A stretch of 53,813 bases of DNA from Clostridia bacterium (GTDB taxonomy: Bacteria > Bacillota > Clostridia > Oscillospirales > CAG-272), in the NCBI GenBank assembly GCA_017451045.1, contig JAFSSK010000128.1, positions 1 through 53,813 on the forward strand, read 5' to 3'. This document shows positions 37,078-46,514 of the stretch, in pieces. Under the pieces are notes generated by a model. It did no database searches and was not told where the DNA came from. It saw nothing but the letters and a program-made list of their open reading frames with translations. Every line of letters starts with the position of its first letter. Within the stretch, counting starts at the first letter, position 1. The position numbers were made by a program, and so were the translations under genes.

Positions 37078-38163
37078 TCAGATTTTGGACTCCTGGAGCA
37101 GTCTGATCATCAGATCGCCCAACGTATCCATCATCTCTTCCGTTCCGATGGTTATCCGGAGATGCTTTTCGTTGTTTCCGGTGAAGACACGGATAAGGAA
37201 TCCGTTTTCTTCGGCTTTCTGCTTGATCTTGTCGGCGTCATAGCCCACCAGTTTGATGTATACGAAATTGGCGTCTGATTCGTATACGGTCACACCCGGT
37301 ACTTCGTTGAGCTTCTTGGAGAATTTCTCGCGAGAATTGACCAGTTTCGCGGTGATGGTGTCGTAATACTCTTTGTCGTTCAATGCCGCGATAGCCATGC
37401 GCTTGACGATGTGAGAAAGGCGGTGCAGGGGCATGTCGAGCCAAAGGACCTTTTTGAGCTCTTTGGAGCAGATTCCGTAACCAACCCTGAGGTTCGCCAG
37501 CCCGTAGTACTTTGAGAACGAACGCGAAAAGACGACGTTGTCGTATGTTTCGATGATCCTGCGGACATCGAGGGTGTATTCAGAGAAACCGTAGTAGGCT
37601 TCGTCTACGATAACGAGGGTGTCGGGATAAGAACGGATGATGTCCTCTAGATCCTCGTCCGCCATCTTGTTGCCTGTGGGCATCGCGGGCGTCGTCAGGA
37701 TCATGATCTTCGGATTGTATTTTTCAGTCTGCTCCCGGATGCTTTTGATGTCGTGAGCGCATTTCGTTTCGTTCTCTATGATATTGTACTTTGCGATGTT
37801 GACGAATCTGTAATCTGCCACGCCGTAATAGTAGCTCCAGCCCGGATCAGGCAGCAGGATCGTGTCTCCCGGATGCGCGATCATGCTGATGAAGGATTTC
37901 AGATTTTCGGCCGAGCCGTTGTTCAAAAACAGGTTTTCCGAAGGAATGTCGAGCTTTTTGGACAGCTCTTCGATCAGCTCATCTTTTTCGTTGGATTCGT
38001 ACAGACAAAGATCTGTCGGGACGAGCTGTTTGAGTGTGTCGAAGCACTTCGGCGACGGGCCGTATAAGTTCTCATTGAAGTGCAGCCTTCCTGTCGTCCA
38101 TTCGGTAGGGACGCCTGCATATCTAGTGATTCCTTCATATTCCGAAGTCAATCTGTTTTTCAT
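37078..38163 (-). CDS. PLP-dependent aminotransferase class I/II (HisC/CobD-like)
   Basis: NENLYGPSP, NGS, P.MPTG, DEAY, RSFSKYYGLANLRVGY, LRITIG. Confidence 0.85.
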   Translation of the reverse strand: MKNRLTSEYEGITRYAGVPTEWTTGRLHFNENLYGPSPKCFDTLKQLVPTDLCLYESNEKDELIEELSKKLDIPSENLFLNNGSAENLKSFISMIAHPGDTILLPDPGWSYYYGVADYRFVNIAKYNIIENETKCAHDIKSIREQTEKYNPKIMILTTPAMPTGNKMADEDLEDIIRSYPDTLVIVDEAYYGFSEYTLDVRRIIETYDNVVFSRSFSKYYGLANLRVGYGICSKELKKVLWLDMPLHRLSHIVKRMAIAALNDKEYYDTITAKLVNSREKFSKKLNEVPGVTVYESDANFVYIKLVGYDADKIKQKAEENGFLIRVFTGNNEKHLRITIGTEEMMDTLGDLMIRLLQESKI

Positions 38164-38384
38164 AATGAACCCCCTGGTTATATCGTTCTTTTGTTCACAA
38201 AAAATAGAATTGCATAATGCTACGGTCGATAAGTATCATATACTAGCAAGAATGTTTAGTCAAGGTTTTGCCCAGCCAACGATCGGGGACAACATCGGTG
38301 TCTTGAATTTGAATGCCGGCAGCCGTAATTCACGACAAATCCGAGCCCTTGACCAACCGGCGCAGGACTCGGATCTGTGTTGTC

Positions 38385-38469
38385 TGGTGCGAGAAACGGG
38401 ACTTGAACCCGTACGGTGGTTACCACACGCCCCTCAAACGTGCGCGTCTGCCAGTTCCGCCACTCTCGC
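38385..38469 (-). tRNA. tRNA-Leu(GAG)
   Basis: GCGAGAGTGGCGGAACTGGCAGACGCG..TT GAG GG..long variable arm..GGTTCAAGTCC..CCA; TTGACA/TATAAT promoter at 38511-38484. Confidence 0.95.
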
Positions 38470-38678
38470 TCGGAACACTCATAATTATACACATCTCTGC
38501 TGATTTGTCAAGCATTTTTTGTCAGGAACGCAAAATACGAAAGGGCATGTCCGCCTTGCCGGAAGGAAAGCCGGAAAGAACGTTACAACGGGCTTGGGAA
38601 GGATTTCCGTTCCTTGACAGAAGTTCTCTTGTAGATTATAATTATAATGGAATTTTATTCATTAAGCGGAGGTCGCTC

Positions 38679-40124
38679 ATGGAAGCGGAAAGACCTGTAG
38701 CCTCTCACCAATTGTCTTTGCGTGACAGCGAAACATGTCAAAAATATATACTTGCGGTAAAAAAGGCCAACCAGGAAAAGCGGGAAGAAACAGGACGTTC
38801 TCCCCGCGCCTATGTGCTGACTTTCGGATGCCAGCAGAACGAGGCGGACAGCGAAAAACTGGCGGGTCTCGCTTCTGAAATGGGGTATGAGAAAGCCGCT
38901 CATCCGGATGAGGCGGATCTGATCATCGTCAACACGTGCGCCGTTAGGGAGCACGCCGAGCAGAAAGCCCTGTCCATCGTGGGACAGTACAAGCACCTGA
39001 AAGCCAGGAATCCGGAACTGGTGATCGTGATGTGCGGATGCATGGTGACGCAGGCTTTCAGGCAGAACGAGATCAAGCACAATTACCCGTATGTCGATAT
39101 CGTGTTCGGCGCGTCTTCGATGTTCCGGTTCCCGCAGCTTCTGTGGGAACACATGGAAAAGGAAAGAAGACTGATCATCCCGGACGAGGAAACATATCTT
39201 GTGGCCGAAGGACTTCCGGTCCGGCGGAACAGCACATACCGGGCATGGGTATCGATCATGTACGGGTGCAACAACTTCTGCACCTACTGCATCGTGCCGT
39301 ATGTGAGAGGCCGCGAGCGTAGCAGAAGCAAGGAAGACATCATCAGCGAAGTCGAAGAACTCGTGAAACAGGGATATAAGGATATAACGCTTCTGGGGCA
39401 GAACGTCAACTCGTACGGACATGACAATCAGGACGGAGTGGATTTTGCGGATCTGCTTGCACTGATCGACAATATCGAGGGCGATTACACCATCCACTTC
39501 ATGACCAGTCACCCGAAGGACGCGACAGAGAAGCTGATCGACGTCATCGCATCCGGCAGACATATCGCGCATCATTTCCATCTCCCTCTGCAGTCCGGGA
39601 GCGACAGGATCCTGAAGGCGATGAACAGGCATTATGACGCCCAGCATTACAGGAAAGTTTTGAACTACTTAAGACAGCGGATCCCCGACGTGACGGTGAC
39701 GTCCGATATCATGGTGGGATTCCCCGGGGAAACGGAAGAAGATTTCTGCGATACGCTGGCATTTTTAGCGGAAGCAAGATTCGACATGATTTTTTCCTTC
39801 ATCTACTCGCCAAGGAAAGGAACGCCTGCCGCGGAAGCCGCGGACCAGATCCCGCCCGAGGTCAAGAGCGACCGGTTCAGCAGACTGCTGCAGCAGCAGA
39901 ACGAGATCTCGCTTGAATCGAACAGGCGCCTTGTCGGGAGCACCCTGAGGGTCCTGTGCGACGGGCCGAGTAAAAATGATCCTGATGTATGGAGCGGACG
40001 TACGGACGGGAACAAGATCGTGTTCTTTGACGGGTCAAGGGAAGACATCGGCCGGTTTCTGACGATCAGAATCACGCGGGCGGAAGCGTTCGCGTTATAC
40101 GGGGAGAAGGAGTCACATGGATAA
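38679..40124 (+). CDS. miaB: tRNA methylthiotransferase MiaB
   Basis: TFGCQQN, NTCAVRE, CNNFCTYC, TRAM tail; TTGACA-17-TATAAT at 38614-38642; GGAGG RBS. Confidence 0.95.
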   Translation: MEAERPVASHQLSLRDSETCQKYILAVKKANQEKREETGRSPRAYVLTFGCQQNEADSEKLAGLASEMGYEKAAHPDEADLIIVNTCAVREHAEQKALSIVGQYKHLKARNPELVIVMCGCMVTQAFRQNEIKHNYPYVDIVFGASSMFRFPQLLWEHMEKERRLIIPDEETYLVAEGLPVRRNSTYRAWVSIMYGCNNFCTYCIVPYVRGRERSRSKEDIISEVEELVKQGYKDITLLGQNVNSYGHDNQDGVDFADLLALIDNIEGDYTIHFMTSHPKDATEKLIDVIASGRHIAHHFHLPLQSGSDRILKAMNRHYDAQHYRKVLNYLRQRIPDVTVTSDIMVGFPGETEEDFCDTLAFLAEARFDMIFSFIYSPRKGTPAAEAADQIPPEVKSDRFSRLLQQQNEISLESNRRLVGSTLRVLCDGPSKNDPDVWSGRTDGNKIVFFDGSREDIGRFLTIRITRAEAFALYGEKESHG

Positions 40125-40554
40125 ACAGCAGGAAAAGATCATACTCGAAGAGGCCGCGAATCTCGGACAGAAGATCCGGGATGACGCCAGAACGATCACG
40201 CTGAACGTAGCCAGAAAAAGATTCCGGGAAAACGCGGAACTGCAGCGGATGATCTCAGAATGGAGAAAAGAGAACAACGATCTGCAAGAGGAGTTGAAAC
40301 GGACGGATCGCGACACATACACGCTGGACAGCCTCCAGACCAAGCTCGACGGGATATGGCAGGAGATCGTTCAGGATGAAGACTACAAAAGACTCAGCGA
40401 TGCAGAAGCGGAAATGAACGAGCTGATGGCAAAGGTCAAGACTATACTTGAATACAACATCACCGGCGAAAAGCCGTCTTGCAAAGGCACAGCCTGCGCA
40501 GGATGCCGAGGATGCTCGGCAGATCCGGAACGGAAGGAGAATAAGGACTTATGA
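40117..40554 (+). CDS. YlbF/YmcA (RicA/RicF)-family protein with C-terminal Cys cluster
   Basis: Helical protein, ITGE..SCKGTACAGCRGC; miaB-ymcA-mutS synteny. Confidence 0.78.
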   Translation: MDKQQEKIILEEAANLGQKIRDDARTITLNVARKRFRENAELQRMISEWRKENNDLQEELKRTDRDTYTLDSLQTKLDGIWQEIVQDEDYKRLSDAEAEMNELMAKVKTILEYNITGEKPSCKGTACAGCRGCSADPERKENKDL

Positions 40555-43151
40555 CTCCCATGATGGAGCAGTATTTTGAGATCAAGAACCAGTATAAGGA
40601 CTATATCCTTTTCTACCGTCTCGGGGATTTTTACGAGATGTTTTACGACGACGCCGTGATCGCCAGCCGGGAGATCGACCTGACCCTGACCGGCAAGGAC
40701 TGCGGCGAGCCGGAACGCGCTCCTATGTGCGGGGTGCCGTTCCATTCGGCGGAGACATATATCGGCAAACTGCTGGAAAAAGGCTACAAGGTCGCCATCT
40801 GCGAGCAGACGGAAGACCCTGCTCTGGCAAAAGGGCTTGTCAGAAGGGAAGTCATCAGAGTCGTGACGCCGGGCACACTGATCGAGCCGGGACTGTTGAA
40901 GGATCAGAAAAACAATTATCTTTGCTCGATCAATATGACGGACACCGGGTGCGGCGTCTGCTTCGCTGACGTTTCCACGTCGCAGATCTTCGCCACCTCA
41001 TTCGACGGCCCGGACGCCGTGGGAAAACTGACGAACGAGCTCGGTACATATGAGCCGAGCGAGATACTGATCAATACGGACGCGTCTTTTCTGGAAAAGG
41101 AGACCAAACATACCGCAGGCGGAATCCACGCCGTCTGGAACACAGACCAGAAGAGCCGGTATGACGAAGCCGAATGCAGGGAACGCGTCATCAGCCAGTT
41201 CAAGGATATGGCGGGCAGTCCCGTGCTGGAGGACAAACCGCTGGTGGGAGCCGTCGGCGCGCTCCTGTCCTATATCTCCGAAATGGAGAAGGGCGATATC
41301 TCTTATATCAGCGAGCTGCGCGTCTACCGCGACGATCAGTTCATGGAAATCGAGCTGAATACCAGGAGAAACCTTGAACTGACGGAAACGCTGCGCACCA
41401 AGGACAAGCGGGGGACGCTGCTGTGGGTGCTGGACCACACCAAATCCGCGCCCGGCGCGAGACTGCTCAGAAAATGGATCGAGCATCCGCTGCGTCACGT
41501 CAAATCGATTTTGAGACGGCAGGGCGCTGTCGAGGAACTGTTCCAAAACTTCATGCTCAGAGAAGAGATCGGCGATCTGCTTTCCCAGGTCCTTGACCTG
41601 GAGCGTCTGGTCACCAAAGTCGTTTACGGAAGCGCGAACGCGAAAGATATGCGCGCCATCGTCTCGACGATTTCCATCCTTCCCGGGATGAAAGCGACGC
41701 TTGAAAAATGCAAATCGGAAGAGCTCTGCAGGATCAGGACGGAGATGGACACGCTGGACGACATCCGTGATCTGATCCAGAAAGCCATCGCAGACAATCC
41801 GCCCTTTTCGCTGCGGGAAGGCGGTCTGATCGCAGACGGGTACAACGAGCAGGTAGACTATTTACGGTCCGTCATGCACGACGGGAAGAGCTGGGTTGAA
41901 AAACTGGCTGACGAGGAACGCGAAAAGACCGGGATCAAGACGTTGAAGATCGGATACAACAAAGTGTTCGGATACTATATCGAGATCACAAGATCCCTTT
42001 TGGACCAGGTCCCCGAGCGCTATATCCGCAAGCAGACGCTCACAGGCGCCGAGCGCTTTATCACGCAGGAACTCAAGGACCTGGAATCCACCATCCTCGG
42101 GGCAGAAGGCAAGATCTGCGCGCTGGAGTATGAGATCTTCCAGCAGATCCGGGTCACGGTTGCCGAGGACGCAAAGAAGATCCAGAAAGCCGCGGCGCTC
42201 CTGTCCGAACTGGACGCATACCTCAGCCTTGCAACGGCTGCTGTCCGGAACAAATACAGCAAGCCGGAGGTAGACGAGGCGGACGTCATCAATATCAAAG
42301 AGGGCCGGCACCCTGTCGTCGAGCGGTTCGTCAAGGACAGCTACTTTGTCCCCAACGACACTTACCTCGATACAAACCGGAACCGCATGATGCTGATCAC
42401 GGGACCGAACATGGCCGGAAAATCGACTTACATGAGGCAGGTGGCGCTGATCACGCTCATGGCCCAGATCGGATCGTTCGTCCCGGCCGCGGACGCGCGC
42501 ATCGGCGTGGTGGACAAGATCTTCACCCGGGTAGGCGCTTCAGACGACCTTGCGTCGGGACAGTCCACCTTCATGCTCGAGATGAACGAGGTGGCGTATA
42601 TTCTGAAGCATGCCACGAAAAGAAGCCTGATCATTTACGATGAGGTCGGACGCGGAACGTCGACGTTCGACGGGATGAGTATCGCCCGGGCGATACTGGA
42701 GTATACGAACGGAAAGAAGATCGGCGCCAAGACGCTGTTCGCCACGCACTACCACGAGCTGACCAGCATGGAGAACGAATTCGACGGCATCGTGAATTAT
42801 AACATCGCGGCAAAGAAACGCGGCGACGAAGTCACTTTCCTCAGAAAGATCATCAGGGGCTCCTCGGACGACAGCTACGGGATCGAGGTGGCTAAACTGG
42901 CCGGCCTTCCCAACGAGGTCATCAAGCGAGCCAAGGAGATCCTTCGGGCGGTCGAGCTGTCCGCGAAGGATCTGACGACTTCAGATTCCGATTTGTCGGG
43001 GCTGGAGGACGATTCCGTCATCGACCTGGATGACGTCGTGAAGGAGCAGGTCATCCAGCAGCTGAAGGCGCTGGATATCAATTCGCTGTCCCCGTACGAG
43101 GCCATATCGCTTCTTTTCCAGATCCAGAAGCAGATCAAGGAAGCGGACTAA
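40551..43151 (+). CDS. mutS: DNA mismatch repair protein MutS
   Basis: TPMMEQY, GDFYEMF, TGPNMAGKSTYMRQ, DEVGRGTST, ATHYHEL. Confidence 0.98.
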   Translation: MTPMMEQYFEIKNQYKDYILFYRLGDFYEMFYDDAVIASREIDLTLTGKDCGEPERAPMCGVPFHSAETYIGKLLEKGYKVAICEQTEDPALAKGLVRREVIRVVTPGTLIEPGLLKDQKNNYLCSINMTDTGCGVCFADVSTSQIFATSFDGPDAVGKLTNELGTYEPSEILINTDASFLEKETKHTAGGIHAVWNTDQKSRYDEAECRERVISQFKDMAGSPVLEDKPLVGAVGALLSYISEMEKGDISYISELRVYRDDQFMEIELNTRRNLELTETLRTKDKRGTLLWVLDHTKSAPGARLLRKWIEHPLRHVKSILRRQGAVEELFQNFMLREEIGDLLSQVLDLERLVTKVVYGSANAKDMRAIVSTISILPGMKATLEKCKSEELCRIRTEMDTLDDIRDLIQKAIADNPPFSLREGGLIADGYNEQVDYLRSVMHDGKSWVEKLADEEREKTGIKTLKIGYNKVFGYYIEITRSLLDQVPERYIRKQTLTGAERFITQELKDLESTILGAEGKICALEYEIFQQIRVTVAEDAKKIQKAAALLSELDAYLSLATAAVRNKYSKPEVDEADVINIKEGRHPVVERFVKDSYFVPNDTYLDTNRNRMMLITGPNMAGKSTYMRQVALITLMAQIGSFVPAADARIGVVDKIFTRVGASDDLASGQSTFMLEMNEVAYILKHATKRSLIIYDEVGRGTSTFDGMSIARAILEYTNGKKIGAKTLFATHYHELTSMENEFDGIVNYNIAAKKRGDEVTFLRKIIRGSSDDSYGIEVAKLAGLPNEVIKRAKEILRAVELSAKDLTTSDSDLSGLEDDSVIDLDDVVKEQVIQQLKALDINSLSPYEAISLLFQIQKQIKEAD

Positions 43152-43178
43152 AACGAAAGAGAACACAGGAGTTGCGCT

Positions 43179-45071
43179 ATGGGAAAAATCAATGTGCTGC
43201 CGTTCGCGGTCGCCAACCTGATCGCCGCCGGCGAAGTCGTGGACCGGCCCGCATCCGTCATCAAAGAGCTGATGGAGAATTCGATCGATGCCGGGGCCAC
43301 CAGGATCACGGTGGAAATACAGCATGGCGGTGTGACGTTCATGCGCGTGGCTGACAACGGGTGCGGCATTTCGGCAGAAGACCTGCCGGTAGCCGTCAAG
43401 AGACATGCCACCAGCAAGATCCAGACCGCGGACGATCTGGACGGGATCAAAACGCTTGGGTTCCGCGGCGAAGCGCTTGCGGCGATCGCTGCCGTCTCCC
43501 ACATGCGAATCATCACCAAGACCCCGGAAAGCACGATGGGCGCCATGCTGGAGTCTTTCGACAGCGACCATGTGGAACTGACGGAAAGAGGATGCTCCAG
43601 CGGCACGACGATCATCGTCGAGGATCTGTTCGCCAACGTTCCGGCCAGGCGGAAATTCCTGAAAAAAGATATCACGGAAGCCATGGCGGTACAGGCAAAC
43701 GTGGAAAAAGTGGCGCTGTCAAGGCCAGATATCGCCGTGACGCTCATCATCGACGGCACCATCCGTCTGGAAACGGTCGGAGACGGCAGCCTTCAGAACG
43801 CCATCTACTCCGTGTTCGGGAAAGACTTCGCCGGGAAACTGATAGAGATCAACACCGGCTCGGACGGGATCGGACTTACCGGATTCATCGGGAGGACGGA
43901 CAACTACCGCGGCAACCGGAACTGCCAGAATTTCTTTATCAACGGCAGATACGTCAAGAGCAAAACGGCGATGGCCGCCCTGGAACAGGCGTATACCGCC
44001 TACATACCGGCGGAGAAATACCCCGTATGCGTCCTGAATCTGAAGATAGATCCGAAACGCGTGGACGTCAACGTGCACCCCGCCAAGCTGGAAGTTCATT
44101 TTTCCAACGAAAAGCCGGTTTTCGACTGCGTGTACTATTCTGTCAAACTGGCGCTGGAAGAGAACGTCACACGCCCCTCTCTGTCGCTTGAAAAGGGATG
44201 GGACAACAAGGGAAGGATGGCAGACTCCTTCGTCCCGGTGGAAGAACACCCGGAATCGGTTCAGAAGCGCCAGCTGAGCATTCCCATGCGCACGCCTGAG
44301 CCGGAAAGAACGAAGGTGCCTGAACCTGTGCCTGTCAGAACGGACGAGCGCATAACGCGTCCGGCCCCGCCCCAAAGCCCTACGGCACCTGCCGCTGACG
44401 AAAAAGCGTACAGACAGCCTTCGGCGGATGAACGCCGGACAAGTCAGCCCGAGCCGGGCGCGAAAAAAGAGATTCCGGCGCCCATACCGGAAGGGACCTG
44501 GAAGATACTCGGGGTCATTTACAACGCCTATATCATCGTAGATATCGGCGAAAAAGTCCTGCTGATCGACCAGCACGCCGCGCACGAGCGGATCAATTTT
44601 GAAAAGTTCAAAAAACAGATGCTGGCGGAAGAGCCTGCTTCGCAGATGCTGCTGACGTCGATCGACGTCATGGCGACGGAGGAGGAGATCCGGGCACTGG
44701 ATAATTTCAGGGAGGAACTGAGCCGGATCGGATTCTCGTTCACGTCCGGAAAGCACGCGGTCCAGGTCACCGCCGTCCCGGTCGGGATCGAACCGGAGCA
44801 GGTCCCCGGACTTCTGACGGAGATGGCCGCCCAACTGCTCCAGGGGACAGGGAACGTCCGCCTGACAAGGGACATCCTGTTTGAGAAGGCGCTGTTCCAG
44901 ATGTCCTGCAAGGCATCGATCAAGGCTGGCAGGGTCTATACGGACGAGGATATCGAATGGGTCGTCCGTCAGCTGATGGAGAATCCCGAGATCACTTTCT
45001 GCCCGCACGGGCGCCCGGTGGCGATGGAACTGACCAAAAAGATGCTGGATCAGCAGTTCGGCCGCGAATAG
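43179..45071 (+). CDS. mutL: DNA mismatch repair endonuclease MutL
   Basis: IAAGEVV, GFRGEAL, DVNVHPAK, DQHAAHERINFE, SCK, CPHGRP. Confidence 0.98.
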   Translation: MGKINVLPFAVANLIAAGEVVDRPASVIKELMENSIDAGATRITVEIQHGGVTFMRVADNGCGISAEDLPVAVKRHATSKIQTADDLDGIKTLGFRGEALAAIAAVSHMRIITKTPESTMGAMLESFDSDHVELTERGCSSGTTIIVEDLFANVPARRKFLKKDITEAMAVQANVEKVALSRPDIAVTLIIDGTIRLETVGDGSLQNAIYSVFGKDFAGKLIEINTGSDGIGLTGFIGRTDNYRGNRNCQNFFINGRYVKSKTAMAALEQAYTAYIPAEKYPVCVLNLKIDPKRVDVNVHPAKLEVHFSNEKPVFDCVYYSVKLALEENVTRPSLSLEKGWDNKGRMADSFVPVEEHPESVQKRQLSIPMRTPEPERTKVPEPVPVRTDERITRPAPPQSPTAPAADEKAYRQPSADERRTSQPEPGAKKEIPAPIPEGTWKILGVIYNAYIIVDIGEKVLLIDQHAAHERINFEKFKKQMLAEEPASQMLLTSIDVMATEEEIRALDNFREELSRIGFSFTSGKHAVQVTAVPVGIEPEQVPGLLTEMAAQLLQGTGNVRLTRDILFEKALFQMSCKASIKAGRVYTDEDIEWVVRQLMENPEITFCPHGRPVAMELTKKMLDQQFGRE

Positions 45072-45158
45072 GAGCCGGACGCGGATCCGCCGCAAAAAAG
45101 AACTTTCCGACGTGCAACTGTCTTTTGCATAGCCGGTCAGCCGAAAGGATAATAGAAT

Positions 45159-46295
45159 ATGTTTGAACTGCTTAAACAAGAGGGCAGGGCAAGGAGGGGC
45201 ATCCTGCACACGGTGCACGGAGACATCCAGACACCTGTCTTTATGAACGTTGGCACCTGCGCCGCGATCAAGGGGGGCGTGTCAACGGAAGAACTGACGA
45301 AGATCGGATGCCAGGTCGAATTGTCCAACACCTATCATCTGCATCTGCGGCCGGGTGACGGCGTCATCAGAGACATGGGCGGCATCCGCAAGTTCATGAA
45401 CTGGAAAGGACCGGTTCTGACGGACAGTGGCGGCTTCCAGGTCTTCTCCCTGGCAGGACTGAGGAAGATCAAGGAGGAAGGGGTGTATTTCGCCTCGCAT
45501 ATCGACGGACGCAGGATCTTCATGGGCCCGGAAGAGAGCATGCAGATCCAGTCGAATCTTGCGTCTACGATCGCGATGGCGTTCGACGAGTGCGTCGAGA
45601 ACCCCAGCCCTTACGATTATGTCCGTCAGTCATGCGAGCGTACCGCAAGATGGCTAGTCCGCTGCAAAGCGGAAATGGACAGGCTGAACAGCCTGCCGGA
45701 CACCATCAACCGAAAGCAGATGCTGTTCGGCATCAATCAGGGCGGAACGTATGAGGATCTGCGGATCGCCAATATGCAGCAGATCGCGGAACTGAACCTG
45801 GACGGCTACGCCATCGGCGGGCTGGCGGTCGGCGAGGAGACGGAGGAGATGTACCGGATCATCGACGCGGTCGAACCGTATATGCCGAAAGACCGCCCCA
45901 GGTATCTGATGGGCGTGGGAACGCCGCAGAACATTCTGGAGTGCGTGCATCTCGGCGTAGATTTCTTCGACCGCGTGATGCCGAGTCGGAACGCAAGACA
46001 CGGCAACCTGTTTACATGGGAAGGCAAGATCAACATACAGAACGAGAAATATCTCAAGGATCCGAACCCGATCAGCCAGTCCTGTAACTGCCCGACCTGC
46101 AAAAAGTATTCAAGGTCCTACATAAGACACCTGATCAAGGCGAAGGAGTCGCTGGGCATGCGTCTCGCCGTGACGCACAATCTATATTTTTACAATTCCC
46201 TGACGGCGAAGATCAGGGAAGCGCTGGACGAAGGCTCTTTTGAAAGCTTCTACCGGAAATACCGGAACGTTCTGGGCGAACGGAACCCAGACTGA
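45159..46295 (+). CDS. tgt: tRNA-guanine transglycosylase
   Basis: TPVFM.VGT, NTYHL, TDSGGFQ, FDEC, GGLAVGE, CNCPTC...HN. Confidence 0.96.
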   Translation: MFELLKQEGRARRGILHTVHGDIQTPVFMNVGTCAAIKGGVSTEELTKIGCQVELSNTYHLHLRPGDGVIRDMGGIRKFMNWKGPVLTDSGGFQVFSLAGLRKIKEEGVYFASHIDGRRIFMGPEESMQIQSNLASTIAMAFDECVENPSPYDYVRQSCERTARWLVRCKAEMDRLNSLPDTINRKQMLFGINQGGTYEDLRIANMQQIAELNLDGYAIGGLAVGEETEEMYRIIDAVEPYMPKDRPRYLMGVGTPQNILECVHLGVDFFDRVMPSRNARHGNLFTWEGKINIQNEKYLKDPNPISQSCNCPTCKKYSRSYIRHLIKAKESLGMRLAVTHNLYFYNSLTAKIREALDEGSFESFYRKYRNVLGERNPD

Positions 46296-46311
46296 GACAA
46301 CCGCATAACAA

Positions 46312-46457
46312 AGCAAAAGCGCCAAGACTCGATCTGAATCTCGACGCTTTTTTGACCGCGCTTGCCTGTGAAGCATCCACAGGTGTTGCCGCACGGTCTG
46401 GCTGGTTACTCATTTATATACTCAAAGCGGCGTGCCGCCAATATCCTACGGGGCTCT
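46312..46457 (-). ncRNA. candidate structured RNA / rny 3' UTR with terminator
   Basis: Two long stems whose G-U pairs work only on the minus strand; family not recognised. Confidence 0.45.
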
Positions 46458-46514
46458 ATTTTATGTATAATTCCCTGGGGGTAAGAGTGTATCGTTTGAG
46501 TTTCGCGGAACGGA

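Noticed and set aside
38313-38678. N-terminal extensions in ORF track (miaB; also holB, mfd, endoIV-like, methyltransferase, thiT, GRE)
   Set aside because: They overlap tRNAs, promoters or neighbouring genes; downstream starts have clear RBSs
44260-44500. Pro/Glu-rich low-complexity stretch in MutL
   Set aside because: Known variable linker between ATPase and endonuclease domains
45125-45161. Possible leaderless promoter for tgt (TTGCAT-17-GATAAT)
   Set aside because: GAAAGGA works equally well as an RBS; cannot be resolved from sequence
46312-46460. Assignment of the structured RNA as 6S, SRP, tmRNA or tracrRNA
   Set aside because: No end-to-end rod with central bubble, no SRP loop motif, no tRNA-like ends, no CRISPR context
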